NCBI GenBank assembly: GCA_963814335.1
Contig: CAWFCO010000005.1
Location: 848,492 to 912,491, forward strand
Source: an uncultured Acidobacteriaceae bacterium
GTDB taxonomy: Bacteria; Acidobacteriota; Terriglobia; Terriglobales; Acidobacteriaceae
Direction of reading: 5' to 3'
Length of the DNA stretch: 64,000 nt
The notes beneath the pieces were generated by a model. It was given only the letters and a program-made list of their open reading frames with translations, did not search any database and had not been told where the DNA came from. Shown here one piece after another: positions 31,364-39,951 of this stretch; position 1 is the first letter of the stretch; each line of letters begins with the position of its first letter. A program made the translations under genes and the position numbers.

Positions 31364-31573
31364 TTAGGAGTTCACCTGGACGGCGACGACCTCAGGAGTC
31401 CACCTGGACTTCTTGTAAGAGTCGAAGACCTCCATGGCTGTCACTTTTCCCATCAACAGAGCCAGATTGCGTTCAACCGTGGTTTGGATGGGTTTACGGT
31501 CGATTCTCTGAACGTATTCGGCGCATGGCGCGCCGATACGGCTTACTTTCACAACAAACTTTGTATGTGTCAT
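31364..31573 (-). CDS. Hypothetical protein (69 aa) downstream of csp
   Basis: GGGAG RBS; protein-like composition; fills the gap between csp and the desaturase. Confidence 0.6.
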   Translation of the reverse strand: MTHTKFVVKVSRIGAPCAEYVQRIDRKPIQTTVERNLALLMGKVTAMEVFDSYKKSRWTPEVVAVQVNS

Positions 31574-31661
31574 GCACTCCCTGCATGCCCCCTGAAATGG
31601 GGCGCTTACGAAAGGGCGGCTGCCAGCAGCGGTTCCTCTGCGAGCAGCTGACTGCTCCGCT

Positions 31662-31862
31662 CTAGAGAGACTGTACGTTTTCAGCCTGGAAGCCCTTGGG
31701 ACCCTTTGCTAAAGAGAATTGTACGGCCTGGCCCTCCTGAAGGCTACGAAAGCCATTCGACTGGATAGCCGAAAAGTGCACGAAGACATCTTCTCCGGGC
31801 TGGCGGCTGATAAAGCCAAAGCCCTTTGCATCATTGAACCACTTCACTGTTCCTTGTTCCAT
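31662..31862 (-). CDS. Cold-shock protein (CspA family)
   Basis: GTVKWFN..KGFGFI (RNP1), DVFVHFSAI (RNP2), KGFQAENV. Confidence 0.97.
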   Translation of the reverse strand: MEQGTVKWFNDAKGFGFISRQPGEDVFVHFSAIQSNGFRSLQEGQAVQFSLAKGPKGFQAENVQSL

Positions 31863-32107
31863 TTGCTACCTATTTGCTTTTTGGATTTCTGCGGAGAAGA
31901 GACGTTGCGAGTGAAGAGGGATGACGCACTTGCGGAACCAACATCAAATTGACATGGCAGATGCCCAAAAGGATTCGCTTGTCCGGCGGCGTACTCCAGT
32001 CAATGCACTTAGCGACCACGACTCTTTCCTGCATGACTCTCTCCCGCGCGCCGATATTTCGTGGCCGGAGCGGATTGCGACTGGCCGCGTTGCGGCCTGT
32101 CAGAAAG

Positions 32108-32836
32108 TCAAATTCTGCCGAAGTGGAGAAGCAATCCTCCCAGCGCGCCGCCGATGAGCGGGCCGATGATGGGAATGGGTGCGTAGGCCCAGTTGGAGCC
32201 GCCTTTGCCGGGTATGGGCAAGAGGAAGTGGACGAGGCGTGGGCCGAAGTCGCGCGCGGGGTTGATGGCGTAGCCGGTGGTGGCACCGAGCGACAGGCCA
32301 ATGGCCCAGACGAGACTGCCGACGAGCCAGGGTGCGAGGGCAGGCGCGGGGCCGGTGGCAGCCACGCCGTGCGACCCGATGGCACCGGCGACAACGACCA
32401 GCACCATGGTGCCGATGATTTCACTCAAGAGATTGAAGGGCGAGTTCTTCACCGCAGGCGCTGTGCAGAAGACGCCGAGCTTGGCGGCGGGGTCTTCGGT
32501 GAGCTTCCAATGCGGGCCGTAGTGCAGGACCATGAGCACAGAACCGCAGATGGCGCCGAGCAGTTGCGCGGACCAGTAGAGGCCAAGCTGCGAGTAATCG
32601 CCGGAGTTTACGGCGGCGGCGATGGTGACGGCGGGATTGAGATGCGCTCCACTGCTTCCGAAGGCCTGCGCGATGAGCACACCACATAGAACGGCGAGTC
32701 CCCATCCGGTGGCAATGACGATCCAGCCGGAGTTTTCGGCGTACGACTTTTTCAGCGTGACGGCGGCATTGACTCCGTTGCCAAGGAGCAGCAAGACAAG
32801 TGTGCCGAGAAATTCACCGAACCAGACAGAATGCAT
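32108..32836 (-). CDS. MIP family channel, glycerol facilitator (GlpF)-type
   Basis: HLNPAVT and TGYAINPARDFGPR motifs; several TM segments. Confidence 0.93.
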   Translation of the reverse strand: MHSVWFGEFLGTLVLLLLGNGVNAAVTLKKSYAENSGWIVIATGWGLAVLCGVLIAQAFGSSGAHLNPAVTIAAAVNSGDYSQLGLYWSAQLLGAICGSVLMVLHYGPHWKLTEDPAAKLGVFCTAPAVKNSPFNLLSEIIGTMVLVVVAGAIGSHGVAATGPAPALAPWLVGSLVWAIGLSLGATTGYAINPARDFGPRLVHFLLPIPGKGGSNWAYAPIPIIGPLIGGALGGLLLHFGRI

Positions 32837-32985
32837 GCAGTTGTGGCCTCACGAAGCGCTGCGAGGCGACCGGGAGGCCCTTGGCTGGACCGGAAGAACA
32901 CGCAGGCGCAGAAAATGCGGAACCCATGCATTCTGCCCTGCCGGGGCTGTGGTCGCCAAGTGCGGGGATGGGTACGGCGGCTGCA

Positions 32986-33396
32986 TCAGTTCGTTTCGCC
33001 AAGGTCGAGGGTGACGGTGGAGGCGGAGCGCAGGGTGTTCTGAATTTCTGCGACCGTGTCCGTGTGGCGCATAAGGGCAAGTAATTGTTCACGTGGAACG
33101 GTGGACTCCACGCGCACACTGTAACGGATATTGCGGGCAGGCTCCCCTTCCGAGCCGAAGTCTCCACTCACCACCACTTCAACGCGGCCAAGCGCGATGC
33201 TGCGCTTTCCTGCTTCGCGGAAGAGGTCGTTGCAGTAGCAGGTGGCAAGGGCAAGGAATAATAATTCGCCACCGTTGGCGCTGGAGCCGCGCCCTTCTGC
33301 TTTGGGCTCGATGGCAAGGCTGTGTTCGCGGCCGCCGGTGGAGAGAGTCACCTGGTGGGAGTCCGATTGATTGATGACGCGGGCAGAGATGTTCAT
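32986..33396 (-). CDS. OsmC/Ohr-like family protein
   Basis: NGGELLFLALATCYCND, AEIQNTL; the second catalytic Cys appears absent (DTVAEIQ). Confidence 0.8.
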   Translation of the reverse strand: MNISARVINQSDSHQVTLSTGGREHSLAIEPKAEGRGSSANGGELLFLALATCYCNDLFREAGKRSIALGRVEVVVSGDFGSEGEPARNIRYSVRVESTVPREQLLALMRHTDTVAEIQNTLRSASTVTLDLGETN

Positions 33397-33420
33397 CCTT
33401 CGACCTTCAAGCTCCTCTTG

Positions 33421-34494
33421 CTACTGGGCAGCGGGGATGCTCTCGCTGTACTTCGACCAATGGGCGAGCAGTTCATTTACGACTTTGTGACCAACTGTGT
33501 AAGCCGCCTCGAGGGAGGGAAGGTAGGCGCTGTAGGCACCGAGGCGCTGTCGCGCAAGACTGGTTGCGGCGTCCAGATCGCGCGGTTGCTGGTCGAAGTT
33601 GCTGATTGTGCGCAGAACAAGGACGCGATTTTTGTCGACCTTGCCTGCTGCAGCGAGCCTATCGATGGAAAGCAAAGTGCCCGTGTCTTCCATTGCTGTT
33701 GTGGCGAATTTTCCCTGGCCGTTTGTGAAATAGCTGATCCACTCGTCGGCCCAGGAGTCGAGCAATTTGCCGTGCCAGAAGGTGGAGGATGAAATCTCAT
33801 CCCCTTCGGAGACGATGGGCGGATTTTGCGCGGCGCCGCCTTCGTAATTGGTACGAATTTCACGGAGTTTGTCGTCATCCGCCAGATGGATGTCGCGGGT
33901 GAGGTGAAAGGCCCATTTCTCGAGTCCGTGGTTCAGCTCGAAGACCTGGTTGAGCGATGGTTCGGCAGGCTGCTCGAAAGGCTTTGTTTTGCGCAGTGGC
34001 ACGTAACCTGTGGACCAGCTTTTCGGAATTTCGCGGGGGTCGATTTCGTAAGCGAGGTCGCCATCGACAACCCAGTTGGCCCACACGGCGGAGCCGAGCG
34101 AGACGCGCTTTGGATTGCCGCCTGAGATACCAGCGATGATCCAGTAGGCGTGGGAAAAGTCGAAACGGGGGTCGAGGCCGACGGCCATGAGAGTGGCTGC
34201 GGCATTTGCCGTTCCGGCACCGGTGAGGACGACCATTTCACCCTGGTCGTTCATGCGTACGGGGTGATACGCGGCGGGAACGTCGTAGATGCGATCCAGA
34301 CGGTCACGCTCAACCCAGTACTGCAGCTCTCCGGGACGGTCGCCGGTGTCGTTGCCCAACTCGAACATGGCCACGACGACAACTTTGACGGGGATAGGAG
34401 GCGGTGCAGCCTGCATCGCAAACGTCTGACTGGCGAGCAGGACAAGAAGGAAGACAGAAAAAGTGCGGAATGGAAAAATCATGAAAAATGCCAT
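33421..34494 (-). CDS. Purine nucleoside permease (NUP) family exported protein
   Basis: Signal peptide; VVVVAMFE.G.DTGDRPGELQYW, DPRFDFSHAYWIIAGISG, TAMEDTG, LRTISNFDQQP. Confidence 0.85.
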   Translation of the reverse strand: MAFFMIFPFRTFSVFLLVLLASQTFAMQAAPPPIPVKVVVVAMFELGNDTGDRPGELQYWVERDRLDRIYDVPAAYHPVRMNDQGEMVVLTGAGTANAAATLMAVGLDPRFDFSHAYWIIAGISGGNPKRVSLGSAVWANWVVDGDLAYEIDPREIPKSWSTGYVPLRKTKPFEQPAEPSLNQVFELNHGLEKWAFHLTRDIHLADDDKLREIRTNYEGGAAQNPPIVSEGDEISSSTFWHGKLLDSWADEWISYFTNGQGKFATTAMEDTGTLLSIDRLAAAGKVDKNRVLVLRTISNFDQQPRDLDAATSLARQRLGAYSAYLPSLEAAYTVGHKVVNELLAHWSKYSESIPAAQ

Positions 34495-34605
34495 CCAATT
34501 TGTGCATCTTGCGGGTAGTTATGACATTATTTTCACATGGGGACTTGTTTTTTCGTGGTCGATTTCTGCAGGGGTAAAGGTAGAATCAAGGCAGCTCACC
34601 CGAGA

Positions 34606-34716
34606 ACATGTACATCCAGAAGCCGCCGGCACAGGTCGACCGGCACCGGGGCAGAGGCTCGTCGCAGCAGAGTTTGAGCGACAGGGCAACAACCATTCGA
34701 TGTAACCCAAACATGT
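34606..34716 (+). ncRNA. Candidate structured cis-regulatory RNA in the TonB-dependent receptor leader (unassigned)
   Basis: Nested complementary segments form a multibranch structure downstream of a TAGAAT -10 (34581-34586); no known riboswitch recognised. Confidence 0.3.
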
Positions 34717-34827
34717 GTCAGATACCACTTTGAGGAACTTCAAGGGGTCACAGAAATCTCTAACCTCAGAGCCGGACCACAGTTCTTACTGGATTACGAA
34801 CCGTTTATTAAGGAGAACCAGAACGCA

Positions 34828-37800
34828 ATGAATATTCATCCTTCGACTCAGAAGACCCTTCGTGGCCTTTTGCGGGTCGGGCTTTTCTGTCTGTCAGTCC
34901 TGGCGTTGCTTGCGATGCCGGCTCTGGCGCAGGACGCCGGACTAGGTACCATCAGCGGTACCGTTACCGATCCCAACAACTCGGTCGTCGCTGGAGCAGC
35001 CGTGACTGTGCTCCAGACAGACACGGGTATTTCTCGTAACCTGGTAAGCACGTCAGCGGGCACCTACACAGCAACCTTTCTGAAGCCCGGCCGCTACCAG
35101 GTGACATTCTCTGCACCGGGATTCGCAAAGGTGGTTCGCAAGGATGTGAAGGTTCTCGTCGGCCAGACGGTGAACGTGGATGCGAAGCTGCCCGTTGCCA
35201 CAGCATCAGATACGGTGACGATCACAGGCGAAGCCCCGCTCATCGACACGGAGAAGATTTCGACGTCGCAGGAAATCGGCCAGGAACTGGTGAGCAATCT
35301 GCCGGTAAACGGACGCCGTTATGACAACTATGTGCTGATGACGCCCAACGTTGCCCCGGACGGCTCGAGCGGCCTGATTTCGTATCGCGGTATTTCGTCA
35401 CTCTACAACTCGAACCTGATCGACGGCGCGAACAACAACCAGGCGTTCTTCTCTGAGGCGCGTGGACGCGCAACGGGCGCTCCCTATGTTTATTCGACGG
35501 ACTCGATTCAGGAGTTCCAGTCGGCGTCGGGTCCCTACTCAGCTGAACTTGGCCAGGCAGCCGGCGGACAGATCAATGCGATCACCAAGTCGGGCACCAA
35601 CCAGATGCACGGCGACTTGTTCTACTTCCTGCGCTATCCCGATCTGAATGCGTTGGATCCCTACGGCAAGGCGCATAAAGTGTTTTCGCAGCCGGTGCAC
35701 CAGCAGCACCAGTTTGGCGGTTCAATCGGTGGACCGATCAAGAAGGACAAGCTTTTCTACTTCTTCACCTATGACGGTTTCCGCAAGGTGAACCCGATCA
35801 CGTACATCTCCACCGGCCCTTACAGCGAACTTTCGACCTCGATTCAGGCGAATGATACGACCTACTGTCCTTCGCCACTGACGGCCACCCAGTGCCAGAC
35901 CGCTCTCGATTACCTAACGGGCAAGATCGCCGGTGTGGGCGACTACAAGCTGCAGGGTTCGTATCCGCGCACGTGGGATCAGAACATCTTCTTCCCGAAG
36001 ATTGACTGGCAGATGACGCCGAAGAACCTGGTTTCGGTGGAGTTCAACTGGGACAACTTCAAGTTGCCGAACGGCTACAACTCCTCAAGCACCTCAGTGA
36101 ACAACGGCGTGACGCAGAACGGATCCACGGTTTACCACGAGCGTTTCCTGATTGCGAACTGGACATCCGTGCTGAGCGCATCATCTGTGAACCAGGTGAC
36201 TTTCCAATGGGCGCGTGATCTTGAAACGGCCGGTGCGAATGCTTCGGGTCCATCCGTTTCGATTTCGAGCATTGCGTCCTACGGCATGCCGAACGCTCTG
36301 CCTCGCCCGGCATTCCCGGATGAGCACCGCTGGGAAATTGCAGACACCTACTCCAAGACATTCGGCCGCAACACGCTGAAGGCCGGCTTCGACCTGAACC
36401 TGATTGACGAACTGGCGATCAACCTGTTCCAGGGTGGCGGTATCTACGGCTACTCACCGGGTACCGCAGAAGGCGCCTTCACCAACTGGGTGCAGGACGT
36501 CTACGGCGTGAACGGCGGCAAACACTACACCTACTTCACGCAGGTGAACGATCCGATCACGGGCATTGGCAAAGACGATGCCTGGCAGAAGGTTGTGGGC
36601 GCATTTGTGAACGAGCGGTACAAGGTAAGCCAGAACTTCCAGATCTCGGCCGGCCTGCGCTACGACATCCAGATGATTCCGCAGCCTCCGCAGCCGAATA
36701 CGACCAGTGACATTGCCAATTTCTACACGAAGACGATTCACATCGGAAAGGCGAACCTCCAGCCCCGCTTCGGCTTCAACTGGAATCCATTGCCAAAGAC
36801 CGTTGTTCGTGGCGGCTATGGCATCTTCTACGGATTGACGCAGGCATCCACGTACTACACGATTCGTTCGGAGAACGGCGTCTTCCAGCAGCAATACAAT
36901 GCAAACCCCAGCACTTCATGGGCTCCGGCCAACCTGGGTGTGCTCTTTACACCCCCGGGGCCGGCACTGGCCGCGCCCTTTGATGGCGCAGTCACTCCAG
37001 TGGTGCAGAATACCGGTGCGTCGCTGGCTCCTCTGGCCGCGCGCGGTCTTGACCCGAAGTTCAGCAATCCATACTCGCACTCGTGGGATCTGGCGATTGA
37101 CCAGGAACTGCCGGGCCACATCGGGCTTACGATTGGCTACGTAGGAAATCGCGGCATGCGCCTGCCTCGCTTCGTCGACACGAACGTGCAGCCCGCGACG
37201 ACCACCAAGAGCTACGACATTGTGAACTCTGCCGGCGTGACGCAGCAGACGATCACTTTGCCGTGGTACACGGACCGCGTAACGACCAATACTGCAAGCC
37301 TTCTGGCCGGTTTCTCCGACATGAATACCTGGTACCACTCCATGGCGGTAACGGTGAAGAAACCGATGAGCCACGGATTGGACGTTCTCATCAACTACAC
37401 CTGGGCCAAGGCAACGGACGAAGGCGAAGTGGGCGGCGTGAGCGGTACCTTCAATGGAACCGACGTGCCGATCGATCCGAACAATTACAAGGCCGAGTAT
37501 TCACGCTCCGACCTGGATTTGCGGAATCGTTTTGTGGGCAGCCTGGTTTGGGCTCCTAAATTCCGCACTTCCGTAGGCGCAATGGACTACATCGCAAACG
37601 GATGGACGCTGTCCGGCGGCTATACAGCGCAAACAGGGTTCCCAATTACAGCGATGATGACCAACTATCCCACCAGCGCACTGTCGTCGCCCGGCATTTC
37701 GGGCAACGGTGGCCTGACGGGTGCATCGGTAAGCTGGTTCAACTCGCCATCCGCGGTGCGCACGCCTCAGCTGGGCCGCAACGCATTCCCCGGCCCCGGC

Positions 37801-38130
37801 CTGCGGAATGTGGATGCGCGTATGGCGCGTGACTTCAGCCTGACGGAGAAGATGAAGCTCCAGTTCTATGTTGAAGCCTTCAACCTTCTGAACCATCCGA
37901 ACGTTCTAAGCGTAAACAACAAGTACTCCACCTACTATGCCGCGCTCGACCCGACGACCGGTGGAAATCCGACGAAGGGCTACAGCCCGGCTTGCGACGC
38001 TTCGGCACACAGCAATGGATGTATCGCACCTTACACGGGAACATCCGATTTTCTGGGTACGTCAACCGGAACAAGTGGAATCCTGTTTGGACCGCGCCAG
38101 ATGCAGTTTGTGGCGAAGTTCGTCTTCTAA
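34828..38130 (+). CDS. TonB-dependent receptor, carboxypeptidase-regulatory-like N-domain (Oar-type)
   Basis: Signal peptide; ISGTVTDP, LPVNGRRY plug, NAITKSGTN, C-terminal PRQMQFVAKFVF. Confidence 0.95.
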   Translation: MNIHPSTQKTLRGLLRVGLFCLSVLALLAMPALAQDAGLGTISGTVTDPNNSVVAGAAVTVLQTDTGISRNLVSTSAGTYTATFLKPGRYQVTFSAPGFAKVVRKDVKVLVGQTVNVDAKLPVATASDTVTITGEAPLIDTEKISTSQEIGQELVSNLPVNGRRYDNYVLMTPNVAPDGSSGLISYRGISSLYNSNLIDGANNNQAFFSEARGRATGAPYVYSTDSIQEFQSASGPYSAELGQAAGGQINAITKSGTNQMHGDLFYFLRYPDLNALDPYGKAHKVFSQPVHQQHQFGGSIGGPIKKDKLFYFFTYDGFRKVNPITYISTGPYSELSTSIQANDTTYCPSPLTATQCQTALDYLTGKIAGVGDYKLQGSYPRTWDQNIFFPKIDWQMTPKNLVSVEFNWDNFKLPNGYNSSSTSVNNGVTQNGSTVYHERFLIANWTSVLSASSVNQVTFQWARDLETAGANASGPSVSISSIASYGMPNALPRPAFPDEHRWEIADTYSKTFGRNTLKAGFDLNLIDELAINLFQGGGIYGYSPGTAEGAFTNWVQDVYGVNGGKHYTYFTQVNDPITGIGKDDAWQKVVGAFVNERYKVSQNFQISAGLRYDIQMIPQPPQPNTTSDIANFYTKTIHIGKANLQPRFGFNWNPLPKTVVRGGYGIFYGLTQASTYYTIRSENGVFQQQYNANPSTSWAPANLGVLFTPPGPALAAPFDGAVTPVVQNTGASLAPLAARGLDPKFSNPYSHSWDLAIDQELPGHIGLTIGYVGNRGMRLPRFVDTNVQPATTTKSYDIVNSAGVTQQTITLPWYTDRVTTNTASLLAGFSDMNTWYHSMAVTVKKPMSHGLDVLINYTWAKATDEGEVGGVSGTFNGTDVPIDPNNYKAEYSRSDLDLRNRFVGSLVWAPKFRTSVGAMDYIANGWTLSGGYTAQTGFPITAMMTNYPTSALSSPGISGNGGLTGASVSWFNSPSAVRTPQLGRNAFPGPGLRNVDARMARDFSLTEKMKLQFYVEAFNLLNHPNVLSVNNKYSTYYAALDPTTGGNPTKGYSPACDASAHSNGCIAPYTGTSDFLGTSTGTSGILFGPRQMQFVAKFVF

Positions 38131-38153
38131 CTGCAAGCTGGGAATTCAAAATG

Positions 38154-38191
38154 AGGGCGTGGTGGCTTCGGCCACCGCGCCTTTTTTCTTT
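38154..38191 (+). terminator. Intrinsic terminator after TonB receptor
   Basis: GGCGTGGTGGC-TTCG-GCCACCGCGCC followed by TTTTTTCTTT. Confidence 0.88.
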
Positions 38192-38235
38192 GCACACTGG
38201 GCAGCGCGCACTATTCTGCCAACGAGGAGACAATC

Positions 38236-39302
38236 GTGCGTCGCTTTTTCATTCCCGTTCTGTTCTTATCGATGTGCATGACCGGCTTGAATACCTCTGC
38301 AACGGCTCAGCAGCCCGCACACCACTGGGCCATCGTTCTGCATGGCGGCGCTGGCGTGATTGAGCGTGCTGACATGAAGCCGGAGACCGAGGCAGCTTAT
38401 CGCAAGGCGCTCTCAGAGGGCCTGGCCGCGGGTGCGGCGGTTCTGGATAAGGGCGGGTCATCCCTGGACGCGGTCGAAACCGTGATCCGGCGCTTTGAAG
38501 ACGATCCTCTTTTCAATTCAGGCCGAGGGGCGGTATTCACTGCTGAAGGAAGAAATGAGCTGGACGCTGCCATCATGGACGGCTCCAACCTGATGGCCGG
38601 GGCAGTCTCGGGAGTGACGCGCACGAAACATCCAATCAGCCTGGCACGCACCGTGATGGAGAAGTCACCGCATGTGATGCTGGAAGGCGCTGGAGCTGAT
38701 GCGTTCGCACAAAAAGAAGGCCTGGAGATGGTGGCGCCGAGCTACTTCTTTACTGAGCTGCGCTGGCAGTCGCTGGTGCGCGAATTAAAGAAAGAAGGTT
38801 TGCCGATTCCACCTCGACCGGCAGGTGCACCGCCCGCCCCTCAAAGCCGGTGGCAGAGATTGATGCGCCCGGCGCACACAAGTTCGGCACGGTCGGTGTT
38901 GTGGCGCTGGACAAAGCAGGGAATATTGCCGCAGGTACCTCAACCGGCGGACTCACAGCAAAGCAGTGGGGTCGCGTGGGGGATTCGCCAATTATTGGCG
39001 CAGGCACGTATGCCTCGAACAAGTCGTGTGCGGTGTCGGGAACGGGGACGGGCGAGTTCTTTATCCGCCTGGGCGTGGCGCGCGAGGTGTGCAACCTTGT
39101 CTACTTCGAGAAGATGCCGCTGCAGAAAGCAGCCGATGAAGTGATTCACGGCGAACTGACCGCACTGAAGGGCGATGGTGGCGTCATTGCGATTACGCCC
39201 GATGGGCAAATGGCCTGGAGCTTCAACACGCCGGGTATGTATCGCGCGCGGCAGGCAGAAGGCGGAAAGCCCCTTGTGTCTATCTATAACGACGAGCCGT
39301 GA
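38236..39302 (+). CDS. Isoaspartyl peptidase/L-asparaginase (Ntn hydrolase), frameshifted near 38843-38845
   Basis: Alpha part (IVLHGGAG, FNSGRGAVFT, ELDAAIMDG) in ORF 38236-39144; beta part (FG-TVGVVALD, TSTGG, GRVGDSP, TGTGE) in ORF 38850-39302. Confidence 0.88.
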
Positions 39303-39329
39303 GAGGCGCGAACCAGCTAAACTTTGAAC

Positions 39330-39879
39330 ATGGCGCTTGAATTCACGACCTCGTATCTGGCTGACGCACTGGCAGTCTTTGACTATTACAAGAAACTCGC
39401 CGAACGTGCGATGGAGCAAACGCCCGACGAGCATCTGTTCACGGTGATCGGCGATGAATCGAATTCGATTGCGATCATTGTGAAGCATATGGCGGGCAAC
39501 ATGCGTTCCCGCTGGACAGACTTCCTGACGACAGACGGTGAGAAGCCCAACCGCAACCGCGATGGCGAATTTGAAGAGCCTGCGGCAACGCGTGCTGAGC
39601 TTATGTCGCAATGGGAAGAGGGATGGAAGGTGTTCCTGGATGCCCTGGACGGCCTGACCGATGACGATCTCGATCGAACCGTTACGATTCGTGGGGAAGC
39701 ACATTCAGTAACGCAGGCAATCAACCGGCAACTGGCTCATTATCCCTATCACGTGGGGCAGATTGTTCTGTTGGCACGGCACTTCACTGGCGGAGGGTTG
39801 GAAGTCGCTGACTGTACCAAGGAAGGGGTCTGCGGAGTTCAACCGCAAGGTTGCGGCAGGAGAAGTGAGTCAGCGGTAG
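39330..39879 (+). CDS. DUF1572 / DinB-superfamily protein, +1 frameshift near 39795-39797
   Basis: SNSIAIIVKHMAGNMRSRWTDFLTTDGEK, RQLAHYPYHVGQIV; the expected C-terminus WKSLTVPRKGSAEFN...SQR* lies in the next frame. Confidence 0.82.
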
Positions 39880-39901
39880 ATACAAGGCTTACCCGGAAAT
39901 G

Positions 39902-39931
39902 AAAAGGCCATCCCGGGCGGGATGGCCTTTT
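39902..39931. terminator. Bidirectional intrinsic terminator
   Basis: AAAAGGCCATCCC-GGGC-GGGATGGCCTTTT between convergent genes. Confidence 0.9.
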
Positions 39932-39951
39932 GCGTAGATTCAATTCGTGGC

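Noticed and set aside
34678-34704. Resemblance to c-di-GMP-I (ACAGGGCAA..ACCATTCG) and SAM-I riboswitch fragments
   Set aside because: The GNRA tetraloop/receptor and P2 elements of c-di-GMP-I, and the P2-P3 core of SAM-I, are missing; kept only as an unassigned candidate.
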